A DNA stretch of 64,000 nt from Parcubacteria group bacterium Gr01-1014_30 (GTDB lineage: Bacteria > Patescibacteriota > Minisyncoccia > Minisyncoccales > 2-12-FULL-40-12). The notes under the pieces were generated by a model. The model was given only the letters and a program-made list of their open reading frames with translations, made no database searches and was not told where the DNA came from. Location of the stretch: the NCBI GenBank assembly GCA_007376185.1, contig VMFS01000003.1, positions 25,983 to 89,982 on the forward strand, read 5' to 3'. The position numbers were made by a program, and so were the translations under genes. This document shows positions 1 through 8,780 of this stretch, piece by piece (position 1 is the first letter of the stretch; each line of letters opens with the position of its first letter).

Positions 1-2145
1 TATTTCCCATTTGTTTCGGGCAGGGTTTATCTTTTCAGATTATTGGTGGTTTTGGCTTTTTTCTTCTGGATATGGCATCTGACAAAAGTTACAAGTTACA
101 AGTTACAAGTTACAAGAAGTATACTGGTTGTCGCTTTGATTCTGTTCTTTCTGGCGCAGATTTTGGTTTCTTTTTTTGGGGTTGACCCTCTTTTTTCTTT
201 TTTCTCTTCCATATCAAGGTCTGACGGCGTTTTTCAGTATGGTTTTTGGATTTTATATCTTTTGATGCTGATTTTTGTGTTCAAAGAAGACAAGGACTGG
301 AAAATTCTTTTTTCCGTTTTTACAGTTGTCGCCTTTATTATGTCTCTTTTTGCCTGGCTGGGGTTTCCGCCAGAGCAAGAAATATACGGCAACCTTTTCG
401 GCAACCCAGCTTATTTTTCCGGATTTTTGATCTTTGCCATAGGTTTTTCTTTACTGACTTTCGAGAGGAAGTTTTTCAGTAACCCTCTTTTGAACAATTT
501 ATTTTTGGTCCTGTCTGTCTTTTTTGCCGTTACCTTGGTTTTTACTAAAATTAGGGGAGCTTTTATTGGTCTGGCCGGCGGAATTTTTCTTTTTTGCGCT
601 TTGTCAGCCGTATTTTTAAGAAGGGAGAGAGAAAACAGAAAATTAGCTCTTTTTTGCGGAATTGCTTTATTGGCAGGAGTTGTTTCCCTGCTACTTCTTT
701 TTTCTGCCAGAGAAACAGAGTTTGTTAAAAATAATGTTTATTTATCCCGCGTAGCAAGCATTGCCGAGTTTCGTGCCGCAGATTCTCCCATAGAGCGTTT
801 TTTGGTGTGGAACGTTGCGTTAAAGGCCTTTTTGGAAAAACCTCTGCTGGGCTGGGGTCCTGAAAACTTTGCTTCAGCTTTCAATAAATACTACGACCTG
901 CGAGTAGGCGAGCGAGAAACCTGGTTTGACAGGGCGCACAACGTTCCTCTAGACATTTTGGCAACAGGAGGAGTTTTCCTTTTTGCCTTTTACCTATTTT
1001 GGATTTTCGCCGTCCTTTTTTTGATTCTCAAGATAGCTTCAAAAGTAAAGATTCTGTCTTTTATTTTGGGTTCGGTATTTTTTGCCTATTTTCTGCAAGG
1101 GCTTTTCTTTTTTGACACTTTTGCCAACTCTCTGGGCCTTTTCCCGTTCTTGGCATATCTTGTGTACTTAAATCCGAAATCCGAAACTCTAAATCCTAAA
1201 CAAATTCAAAATTCAAAATTCAAAATTCAAAATTTTATTTTAGTTGTTGCGGCGGTTTTTTCTGCTTTTCTAATTTACGCAACAGTTATAATGCCTTGGA
1301 AAGCCAATGCCGCGGCGCTGAATTTTTACACTCACACCGAGGCAGAGCTCTATAAAGAATCTAAGCCCTTTTTGAAAAAGGCATTTGTCATAAAGTCGCC
1401 CTACACGTATTGGGAAGTGAGAAGAGAGTTGGCTTGGCAGTTCTTGAGAATTTTGGAAGATAGGGTCAAAGAGGGAATGCCGTCTGAAGACCTTCAGGCA
1501 ATAAAGGAAACTTATGATTTAATAACTCCGGAACTTGAAAGGTTTATTATAGCGAAACCACAGGAGCCCCAGATGTATTATGTTTTGGGGAGAATTTATC
1601 TGGCAGGTTTTGAAAAGTTACATAGAGATGACCTTGGCAAGGCAGAGACAATCCTTAAAAAGGCGCTTAACTATTCTGATTTAAGACAGGAATATTTTCA
1701 GGAACTAAAGCGGGCTTTAGTTTTGCAGGGCAAGTTTGACGAAGCCGAAATTTTATTACAAGGATATGTTCAAAGAGTGGATTTTTACGATTACTACCCT
1801 TTCTTGACTATGGGGCATTTTTACTTTGACGTTGAAAGATACCAGCAGGCACAGGAACAGTATGAGAAGGCAAGAGAAGTTGGCTACGATTTTTGCCGAG
1901 TTGGAGCCGAGTACAGTCGTTATATGTTTTCAGCGGAGCAGGCGGGAAATTACCAAAAAGTCGTTGAAATGGGGCAGGAATGTTTGCAAAAAAGGGGACC
2001 TGACGCAGCCACTTACTTTAACGTTGCCGTAGGTTTCTTTCATCTAGGAGAAAAAGAAAAAGCAAGGGAGTTTTTCTTGAAGGCATTTGAACTGGATCCC
2101 AAAGAGTACGAGCAGTATCGTGAAATCTTTGCCCCCACACCATAA
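1..2145 (+). CDS. O-antigen ligase/polymerase-like (Wzy_C-type) polytopic membrane protein with C-terminal TPR domain; 5' partial
   Basis: The frame is open from nt 1, so the TTG at 43 is not the true start. N-terminal YFPFVSGRVYLFRLL aligns to YFFPFVAPKTIFFRLI of the paralog at 48290-50461. Many TM helices. Ligase-type loop WGPENF...FDRAHNVPLDILATGG. C-terminal TPR-like repeats (GHFYFDVERYQQAQEQYEKA, AVGFFHLGEKEKAREFFLKAFELDP). Confidence 0.75.
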   Translation, partial: YFPFVSGRVYLFRLLVVLAFFFWIWHLTKVTSYKLQVTRSILVVALILFFLAQILVSFFGVDPLFSFFSSISRSDGVFQYGFWILYLLMLIFVFKEDKDWKILFSVFTVVAFIMSLFAWLGFPPEQEIYGNLFGNPAYFSGFLIFAIGFSLLTFERKFFSNPLLNNLFLVLSVFFAVTLVFTKIRGAFIGLAGGIFLFCALSAVFLRRERENRKLALFCGIALLAGVVSLLLLFSARETEFVKNNVYLSRVASIAEFRAADSPIERFLVWNVALKAFLEKPLLGWGPENFASAFNKYYDLRVGERETWFDRAHNVPLDILATGGVFLFAFYLFWIFAVLFLILKIASKVKILSFILGSVFFAYFLQGLFFFDTFANSLGLFPFLAYLVYLNPKSETLNPKQIQNSKFKIQNFILVVAAVFSAFLIYATVIMPWKANAAALNFYTHTEAELYKESKPFLKKAFVIKSPYTYWEVRRELAWQFLRILEDRVKEGMPSEDLQAIKETYDLITPELERFIIAKPQEPQMYYVLGRIYLAGFEKLHRDDLGKAETILKKALNYSDLRQEYFQELKRALVLQGKFDEAEILLQGYVQRVDFYDYYPFLTMGHFYFDVERYQQAQEQYEKAREVGYDFCRVGAEYSRYMFSAEQAGNYQKVVEMGQECLQKRGPDAATYFNVAVGFFHLGEKEKAREFFLKAFELDPKEYEQYREIFAPTP
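88..118 (+). repeat. Heptanucleotide tandem repeat (acaagtt x3 perfect plus partial units) inside a CDS
   Basis: Read directly: aaagtt acaagtt acaagtt acaagtt acaagaa. Encodes KVTSYKLQVTRS. Confidence 0.8.
1170..1232 (+). repeat. Array of nine 7-nt units (aaatccg x2, aaactct, aaatcct, aaacaaa, ttcaaaa x4) inside a CDS
   Basis: Read directly. 63 nt = 21 codons, encoding LNPKSETLNPKQIQNSKFKIQNF in a loop between TM helices. Confidence 0.8.
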
Positions 2146-2206
2146 CGAGCAGATACGCCACTAGGGTGGCGTAAACGGCAAAGCCGCTGCTCGTTTGGTG
2201 TGGGGG
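2132..2206 (+). repeat. Long nested hairpin (REP-like, possible terminator) overlapping the stop codon of the upstream gene
   Basis: Arms cccccacaccataacgagcag / ctgctcgtttggtgtggggg. Inner hairpin acgccac-tagg-gtggcgt. Followed by tttgttg. The TAA stop at 2143-2145 lies inside the left arm. Confidence 0.7.
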
Positions 2207-2245
2207 TTTGTTGAGTAGAAAAGCAGTTTGTTGTATATATAAATT

Positions 2246-3943
2246 ATGTTGGCCAAAACAGCCAAACTTGTATACTTTTTTGCAGTTTCAGCTTTTCTAT
2301 TGCTGCCGGTTTTTGGTTTTGCGCAAACGGTTTCTTTTAACGTTGACCCTGCCTACGATTTGTTGAGCAGGACGCAAATTGAAGCTGAACTCGTCAGGAC
2401 AACGCAAAATCTGTATTTCTACATTGAAAAGAGTTGGTGGAACAACCTCGCGTCTCAAGAACAGAATAACATAAGGATAGTTCTCTTTGAGTTGGGTGAA
2501 GAATTTACGGGGAGAATATATCCTGTTTTGACGACAACCTTTGGGCAAGAACCCAAGCCGGGAATTGACCGAGACGAGAAAATAACGATTTTAATACACC
2601 AAATGCGTCAAGACGCCGGCGGTTACTTTAATTCTGGCGATGCCTATTCGCGCCTTCAAGCGCCAAGGTCCAACGAAAGAGAAATGGTTTATTTGTCAGC
2701 CAACCGTGTTACCAGCCCCAACTTGAAAAGTTTTCTAGCTCACGAATTTGTCCATTTGATCACAATTAACCAAAAGGATTTGCTCCGCAGGGTAACTGAA
2801 GAAATATGGCTGAATGAAGCCAGAGCCGAGCTGGCTCCCACGTTGCTTGGTTATGACGAAATTTTCCAGGGGAGCAACCTTGAAGCAAGGATGATAGCTT
2901 TTTTGGAGAAACCTACTTTGTCTTTAACCGAATGGCTAAATTTAAAATATGACTACGGCGCCGTAAACTTATTTGCCCAGTACATAGTTGACCATTACGG
3001 CACCAAAATCTTGGTTGACTCTCTTCAATCTTCCAAAATCGGCATTGCTTCCTTGGAAGAGGCATTGTTGCGCCAGGGCGTATCAAAGACGTTTGCTCAA
3101 CTTTTTTCGGACTGGGCGATAACTCTCTTGCTTAACGATTGTTCTGTGGGTCAGAGATATTGTTATCTGAATCAGCATTTAAAAAACTTGAAAATTGTGC
3201 CAACCATTTATTTTCTCCCGAGGACGGAAACAACAATATCAACCGTTCACGGGAGCACCTTTTGGTCTTTGAACTGGCATAGGCTTGTGGGAGGGGAAGG
3301 TCAACTCTCTTTGGAATTTGAAGGCAACAGCGCAGTTTCATTTGAAGTTCCTTTGGCTCTCTGCGACAGACAAAACCTTTGTTCCATAACATTCTTGGCT
3401 TTGGACTCTCAAGAAAAGGGCCGGCTCCAGCTCGCTGACTTTAGCCAAAAATACAATTCTCTTACCATACTTCCTTTCGTTAAAAGCAAGACCGAAGGGT
3501 TTGACGGCGAGCAGAGAAGTTTTTCTTTTTCTTGGAAAACCAGCGTCGGGCAAGGAGCCCAGACAGAAGCAGAATTGAGAAACCAGCTTCTCTCGAGAGT
3601 CGCCCAACTCCGGGCGCAGCTTGCACAACTACAAGCTCAGTTATCGGCGCTCTTTAACGGCCAGCCCTTACCTGGCGCAGTTTCTTGTACTCAGCTTAAC
3701 AACAACTTATACTTTGGCGTAAGAAACAGCCAGGAAGTTCGTTGTCTTCAGGAATTCTTAAAAACTGAAGGCGTTTATCCGGAAGGCCTGGTTACGGGTA
3801 ACTTTCTTTCTTTGACGAGGACTGCTGTAATTCGCTTTCAAGAGAAATACGCTTCGGAAATTTTAACTCCGTTTGGTCTGCAACAGGGAACTGGATATGT
3901 AGGGCAGGCAACTAGAGCAAAGCTAAACCAGTTGCTTCAGTAA
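2246..3943 (+). CDS. Secreted HEXXH metallopeptidase-like protein with coiled coil and C-terminal peptidoglycan-binding-like domain
   Basis: Signal-peptide-like N-terminus (FFAVSAFLLLPVFGFAQT). LAHEFVHLI (HEXXH). AQLRAQLAQLQAQLSAL coiled coil. C-terminal VRCLQEFLKTEGVYPEGLVTGNFLSLTRTAVIRFQ resembles PG_binding_1. Confidence 0.55.
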   Translation: MLAKTAKLVYFFAVSAFLLLPVFGFAQTVSFNVDPAYDLLSRTQIEAELVRTTQNLYFYIEKSWWNNLASQEQNNIRIVLFELGEEFTGRIYPVLTTTFGQEPKPGIDRDEKITILIHQMRQDAGGYFNSGDAYSRLQAPRSNEREMVYLSANRVTSPNLKSFLAHEFVHLITINQKDLLRRVTEEIWLNEARAELAPTLLGYDEIFQGSNLEARMIAFLEKPTLSLTEWLNLKYDYGAVNLFAQYIVDHYGTKILVDSLQSSKIGIASLEEALLRQGVSKTFAQLFSDWAITLLLNDCSVGQRYCYLNQHLKNLKIVPTIYFLPRTETTISTVHGSTFWSLNWHRLVGGEGQLSLEFEGNSAVSFEVPLALCDRQNLCSITFLALDSQEKGRLQLADFSQKYNSLTILPFVKSKTEGFDGEQRSFSFSWKTSVGQGAQTEAELRNQLLSRVAQLRAQLAQLQAQLSALFNGQPLPGAVSCTQLNNNLYFGVRNSQEVRCLQEFLKTEGVYPEGLVTGNFLSLTRTAVIRFQEKYASEILTPFGLQQGTGYVGQATRAKLNQLLQ

Positions 3944-3948
3944 CCGTG

Positions 3949-4073
3949 AGGAATCTGGAATCTTGAATTTAGAGTCTTGAACGAGAATACAGCATAAAAG
4001 AATAAAGGATCTTCTTGTATTCTATATTCTAAATTCCAATTCTAGATTCAAGATTCTGTATTCTCCATTCTGG
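3949..4073. repeat. Imperfect palindrome built from 7-nt periodic units (NNNgaat... / attcNNN...)
   Basis: Left arm: gaggaat ctggaat cttgaat ttagagt cttgaac gagaata. Right arm: tattcta tattcta aattcca attctag attcaag attctgt attctcc attctgg. Lies downstream of the 2246-3943 stop, so it is a possible terminator. Confidence 0.7.
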
Positions 4074-4089
4074 CACTATTTGACCCCTC

Positions 4090-4118
4090 TTGACATCATC
4101 TGATGGTTGCTTTATTAT
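4090..4118 (+). promoter_or_regulatory. Sigma70-like promoter TTGACA-17-TATTAT
   Basis: TTGACA at 4090-4095, 17-nt spacer, TATTAT at 4113-4118. aaagg RBS-like and ATG at 4126 follow. Confidence 0.5.
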
Positions 4119-4125
4119 TAAAGGT

Positions 4126-4374
4126 ATGGATGGCATAAACCCAAAAGAGGTCTACACAACCAAAGAAACACAGGATTTTTTGAAGATAAGCTCCTCTACG
4201 ATGAAGAGGATGATAAAAAACGGGATTATCAAGGCCTACAGGGTAGGCGGGACTTATCGCATTTGGGGCTCTGAGATTTTAAAACTTATTTCTCCGGAAG
4301 TTGAAACAAAGGTCTACAGACGGTTTTACAAGCCCATAAAAGAAAAAGTAAGCAAAGTTATTGAAAAATGGTAG
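4126..4374 (+). CDS. Excisionase-family helix-turn-helix DNA-binding protein
   Basis: YTTKETQDFLKISSSTMKRMIKNGIIKAYRVGGTYRIWGSEI matches the HTH_17/excisionase pattern. The start was moved to the ATG at 4126 behind the promoter and RBS. Confidence 0.6.
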   Translation: MDGINPKEVYTTKETQDFLKISSSTMKRMIKNGIIKAYRVGGTYRIWGSEILKLISPEVETKVYRRFYKPIKEKVSKVIEKW

Positions 4375-4832
4375 GCAACAACAAACGCCAAAAGAAAATA
4401 GTTGTGGCGGTTTCTGGCGGTTTTGACCCGGTTCATGCCGGCCACATACAGCTGTTTGAAGAAGCAAAGAAGCTGGGTTCGGAGTTGGTCGTTATTCTAA
4501 ACAACGACAACTGGTTAAGGAAAAAGAAAGGGTACGTTTTTATAAACCAAGACGAGCGCAAAAAAATAGTTGAATCAGTAAAGTGGGTTGACAGAGTTGT
4601 GATTTCAGAGCACGCAGAGGGAGATGAAGACAAAAGCATAAACGGAGAACTTAAGAAAGTGCGTCCCGACATCTTTGCCAACGGCGGCGACAGAACCAAA
4701 GATAACATTCCGGAAGTGGCGGTTTGCAATGAAATAAATTGTAAGATGGTTTTCAACGTGGGCAGAGACGGGAAAGTGCAGTCAAGCTCGTGGCTGTTAA
4801 AAAAGTTTTTGGAAAATGTCAAAGAAGCCTAA
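4368..4832 (+). CDS. Cytidylyltransferase-fold nucleotidyltransferase (RfaE domain II / TagD-like)
   Basis: VAVSGGFDPVHAGHIQLFEEAKKLG carries the HxGH motif. Size is ~150 aa. Confidence 0.7.
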   Translation: MVGNNKRQKKIVVAVSGGFDPVHAGHIQLFEEAKKLGSELVVILNNDNWLRKKKGYVFINQDERKKIVESVKWVDRVVISEHAEGDEDKSINGELKKVRPDIFANGGDRTKDNIPEVAVCNEINCKMVFNVGRDGKVQSSSWLLKKFLENVKEA

Positions 4833-5559
4833 TAATAAAATTGGGATACTAGGTTATGGAGAAGTGGGGCGGGCGATTGCAAAGTTTTATAAAAATCCAA
4901 AAATCAAAGATCTAAATAGAAATGATGATTTGCAGGGAGTTGAGATTTTGCACATATGTATTCCCTGGAGCAAGAGGTTTGTTGAGATTGTTAAAAAAGA
5001 AATCAAAAAAATAAAGCCGCGCCTGACGATAATCCACTCCACGGTTGCGCCGGGGACCACTAAGAAAATCGGTGGCAGGATAGTTCACAGTCCGGTAAGA
5101 GGAGTGCACCCCAACTTATACGAGGGAATCAAGACATTCGTTAAATACATCGGAGCCGACAGCAAGAAAGCAGGTCTTGTGGCAAAGAAACACTTTGAAA
5201 GTTTGGGAATTAAAGCAAAAGTATTCTATCCTTCAGCAACAGCGGAACTTGGAAAGTTACTTGACACAACTTATTACGGCTTGGTTATTGCCTGGTATGG
5301 AGAAATGAAAAAATTGTGCGATAAATACGGCGTTAATTTTGACAACGCCGTAACAGATTTTAATAAAACCTACAACGAAGGGTATGCGAAATTGGGCAGA
5401 AAGAACGTGATAAGGCCAGTTCTTTTTCCGCCAAAAGGCGGAATAAAAGGACATTGTGTTGTGCAAAATACTGAGATCCTCAAAAAATATTTCAATAGCA
5501 AGGCATTAGATTTAATTTTAGAATACAGGCCCAACAAACAACATGGAACAAAAAACTGA
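4816..5559 (+). CDS. NAD(P)-binding Rossmann-fold protein, function unknown
   Basis: N-terminal IGILGYGEVGRAIAKFY (GxGxxG). No further family assignment is possible by eye. Confidence 0.35.
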   Translation: MSKKPNNKIGILGYGEVGRAIAKFYKNPKIKDLNRNDDLQGVEILHICIPWSKRFVEIVKKEIKKIKPRLTIIHSTVAPGTTKKIGGRIVHSPVRGVHPNLYEGIKTFVKYIGADSKKAGLVAKKHFESLGIKAKVFYPSATAELGKLLDTTYYGLVIAWYGEMKKLCDKYGVNFDNAVTDFNKTYNEGYAKLGRKNVIRPVLFPPKGGIKGHCVVQNTEILKKYFNSKALDLILEYRPNKQHGTKN

Positions 5560-6511
5560 AAAAATCCTAGTTACTGGTGCGGGGGGATTCATAGGGCATC
5601 ACCTTGTTCGCTATCTTAAGCGAAAAGGTTATTGGGTAAGAGGAGCGGACATTAAGTATCCCGAGTTTTCTCCGCGCGATGAAGCTGACGAATTTTTGCT
5701 TTTGGACTTGCGGGACTTTCGTAACTGTTTGGAAGCCGTAAAAGGAATGGACAAAGTTTATCAGTTGGCAGCCGACATGGGCGGTATAGGATTTATTACC
5801 AGGGTCAAAGCCGACGTGGTTAGAAACAATATTCTTATCAATACGAATATGGCTGAGGCCTCAATGTTCGCCGGCATCAAAAGGCTGTTTTTCAGCAGTT
5901 CAGCATGCATTTATCCGGCTTATAAGCAGAGAGACCCCAAGGTTGCTCCTTTGAAAGAAAGCGACGCTTATCCTGCCGAGTGCGAAGATGGTTATGGTTG
6001 GGAAAAACTGATTTCAGAAAGAATGTACACTAACTTTTACGAAGACCACGGTTTGGACGTTAGAATAGCTCGTTATCACAATATTTTTGGACCGGAAGGG
6101 ACTTATCAAGGCGGCAGGGAGAAAGCGCCCTCGGCCCTCTCCAGGAAAGTAGCTCAGGCCAAAAATCCCGGAGAAATTGAAATATGGGGAGACGGAAAAC
6201 AGACAAGGTCGTTTTTATATGTTGACGATTGCGTGGAAGGCAGCTGGAGATTAGTGGAATCTGATTTCAGAGAACCTTTAAACATTGGTTCAGACCGACT
6301 TGTGACGATTGACGAGCTCGCCGATATGATAATTAAAACTTCAGGGAAAGGGATTGTTAAAAGGTACAACCTTTCAGCTCCTCAAGGGGTAAGAGGCAGA
6401 AATTCCGATAACACTTTATGCAAGAAAATCCTTGGCTGGGAACCAAAGATTCCGTTGGAAGAGGGGATTGAGAAAACTTATAAATGGGTTGAAAAAGTAG
6501 CATGCCAATAA
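5543..6511 (+). CDS. SDR epimerase, GDP-mannose 3,5-epimerase-like
   Basis: GAGGFIGHHL. SSACIYPAYKQ...LKESDAYPAECEDGYGWEKL...ARYHNIFGPEGTYQGGREKAPSA closely parallels the GME signature SSACIYPEFKQ...AWPAEPQDAYGLEKL...FHNIYGPFGTWKGGREKAPAA. Confidence 0.7.
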   Translation: MEQKTEKILVTGAGGFIGHHLVRYLKRKGYWVRGADIKYPEFSPRDEADEFLLLDLRDFRNCLEAVKGMDKVYQLAADMGGIGFITRVKADVVRNNILINTNMAEASMFAGIKRLFFSSSACIYPAYKQRDPKVAPLKESDAYPAECEDGYGWEKLISERMYTNFYEDHGLDVRIARYHNIFGPEGTYQGGREKAPSALSRKVAQAKNPGEIEIWGDGKQTRSFLYVDDCVEGSWRLVESDFREPLNIGSDRLVTIDELADMIIKTSGKGIVKRYNLSAPQGVRGRNSDNTLCKKILGWEPKIPLEEGIEKTYKWVEKVACQ

Positions 6512-7977
6512 GCACCTTCAAAGATGTTAAATCGTTTTTGTTTGACAATCTAAGCACGAGACAAACGATCTTTAAAAACACTTTTTGGCTTGGCCTTGCC
6601 GAGGGCTTTGGCAAGCTCTCTAAACTGGTTTTACTTATTTATGTCGCCAAAATCTTGGGAGCGACTGAGTACGGAAAGTTCAGTTTTGCTTTGGCCTTTG
6701 TCGGTTTGTTCGGAGTTGTGGCGAGTTTGGGATTGTCAAGAATAGTTGTGAGAGAGTTGGCGAGCGGCCAAGAAAAGGAAAAAGAAATTTCCTCCCTACT
6801 GTTTTTAAGAATTCTTTTGAGTTTGGTGGCGCTGGCTTTAATTTTGTCTGGCTCTTTCTTTGTTACTCAAGAACCTTTAATTAGAAAAGTAATTTGGATT
6901 TTGGGCCTATACTTTTTACTGGACACCTTTGCTTCTTTCTTAAACTTTTTCTTTCAGGCGCGCCAGAAAATGGAGTACGAATCATGGACGAGGATACTGC
7001 GCGCGCTGGCGCTGACGGGTCTTGGACTTTTCGTGATTTTCAGCTTTCCTTCCTTGGTGAATTTGAGCTACGCTTATCTGGCTGCCAGCTTAATCGCCCT
7101 AATTTTGGTCTTGATTTTTTTTCACATTAAAGTTGCAGCTTTATCTTTAAGTTTTAATAAATCAATTTGGCGGGATTACTTGGCAATGTCTTGGCCCCTG
7201 GCTTTATCGGCATTTTTCGCGATGGTTTACGGCCAAATTGACTCCGTAATTATGGGGTACTTAAATCAACTGACCCAAACCGGCTGGTATAACGCGGCTT
7301 ACAGGGTTGTCGGAGGCGTTTTGATTCCAATAGGCTTGGTTTCCACCAGTTTTTACCCGGCTTTGAGCAGGGCTTTCAAAGAATCGCGGGAAAAATTGCA
7401 AAAGATTTGGAATTATCAGTCAGAACTTATGCTCTTTTTGGCTCTGCCTATGACGGTGGGCGGCATAATTTTGGCCCCAAAAATAATTGATTTTATTTAT
7501 GACCAAACGTACGTTTCTTCGGTTTTGGCGTTTCAAATTTTGATTGTTATGGCAGGCATTGCCTTTTTGCAAAGTCCTTTCAGCAGTATGCTGTTGATTT
7601 TTAACCAGCAAACAAAGTTTTTATGGTCGGGGTTGCTAGGGGCCGCAGTAAACATTGGGCTTAACCTGTTTTTGATTCCTCGTTACAGCTTATACGGAGC
7701 GGCTTTGGCGGCTGTAATTACCGCCGCGGTGGTATTATTTCTTTACGTCTGGTTGACTTTGCGTTTTACTTCGGCAAGAATTTTTAATTTAAGATTTTTG
7801 GGGACAGGACTTTTAGCCGCTCTCTCAACGCTGATAATGTATTTTGTCATTACAATTCCCGGAGTTTACAATCTTAACGTTGTTTTTTCAATAATCATCG
7901 GAGCCCTTATTTATTTTGCGGTATTTTTCGCCGCGAAGTTCACGCTGGGTTACACGAAACCGTTTTTTAGAATATGA
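6502..7977 (+). CDS. Wzx-type polysaccharide flippase (MOP superfamily)
   Basis: ~490 aa with ~12-14 TM helices. N-terminal FKNTFWLGLAEGFGKLSKLVLLIYVAKILG is typical of the polysaccharide biosynthesis protein family. Confidence 0.7.
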   Translation: MPISTFKDVKSFLFDNLSTRQTIFKNTFWLGLAEGFGKLSKLVLLIYVAKILGATEYGKFSFALAFVGLFGVVASLGLSRIVVRELASGQEKEKEISSLLFLRILLSLVALALILSGSFFVTQEPLIRKVIWILGLYFLLDTFASFLNFFFQARQKMEYESWTRILRALALTGLGLFVIFSFPSLVNLSYAYLAASLIALILVLIFFHIKVAALSLSFNKSIWRDYLAMSWPLALSAFFAMVYGQIDSVIMGYLNQLTQTGWYNAAYRVVGGVLIPIGLVSTSFYPALSRAFKESREKLQKIWNYQSELMLFLALPMTVGGIILAPKIIDFIYDQTYVSSVLAFQILIVMAGIAFLQSPFSSMLLIFNQQTKFLWSGLLGAAVNIGLNLFLIPRYSLYGAALAAVITAAVVLFLYVWLTLRFTSARIFNLRFLGTGLLAALSTLIMYFVITIPGVYNLNVVFSIIIGALIYFAVFFAAKFTLGYTKPFFRI

Positions 7978-8780
7978 GCCAAGCAAGTCAACAAAAAATT
8001 GGCGTAGCTGGAGTGGGTTATGTGGGAGGAGCGGTAAAGCATTGGTTTGAAACTCAAGGCCTGCCTTTGTTTTTATATGACAAAGGCAAGGGCGTTGGCT
8101 CTCTTGAGGAATTGAATAAAGCAGAAGTCGTGTTTTTGTGCCTGCCTACGCCTTTTGATGAAAAGAGCGGATTCAGCGACTCGGCTATTTGGGAAGTACT
8201 GAAAGGTCTTGAAGGAGAGAAGGTTGTAGTTGTTAAATCCACTGTTCTGCCCGGCTCCACCGATAAGTACCAGGCAAGCTTTCCCCAGCATAAAATTTTG
8301 TTCAACCCCGAGTTTTTGACCGAGAAAAACGCAAATCAGGACTTCATCAATCCCAAAAGACAACTGGTCGGCTACACAAAAGAGAGCACGCAAGAAGCTG
8401 AAAAAGTTATGGCCTTTTTGCCCAAAGCTCACTTTCAAAGAATTATGGAAGCAAAGGCGGCTGAAATGGTTAAGTATTTTGGGAACTTATTTTTGGCTAA
8501 CAGAGTTATTTTCGCTAACCAAATGTATGATGTATGCGAGAAATTAGGTATTGATTATGACGCGGTCAAAGAAGCAGCAGGCGAGGATTCAAGAGTTGGC
8601 AATAGCCATTTCGACGTGTTTTCAGACGGTTATCGCGGATACTCAAGATCATGCCTGCCAAAGGACACCAAGGCCTTTATACAATTAGCCGAAAGTTTGG
8701 GTTTGAATCCAAGATTGCTTAAAACAATTGACGAGGTTAACGAAAGATTTATTTTTGGCGACAAAAACTATGAATGGTAA
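7974..8780 (+). CDS. UDP-glucose/GDP-mannose dehydrogenase family protein (short form)
   Basis: IGVAGVGYVGGAV NAD motif. FNPEFLTEKNA central motif. No C-terminal UDP-binding domain. Confidence 0.55.
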   Translation: MSQASQQKIGVAGVGYVGGAVKHWFETQGLPLFLYDKGKGVGSLEELNKAEVVFLCLPTPFDEKSGFSDSAIWEVLKGLEGEKVVVVKSTVLPGSTDKYQASFPQHKILFNPEFLTEKNANQDFINPKRQLVGYTKESTQEAEKVMAFLPKAHFQRIMEAKAAEMVKYFGNLFLANRVIFANQMYDVCEKLGIDYDAVKEAAGEDSRVGNSHFDVFSDGYRGYSRSCLPKDTKAFIQLAESLGLNPRLLKTIDEVNERFIFGDKNYEW

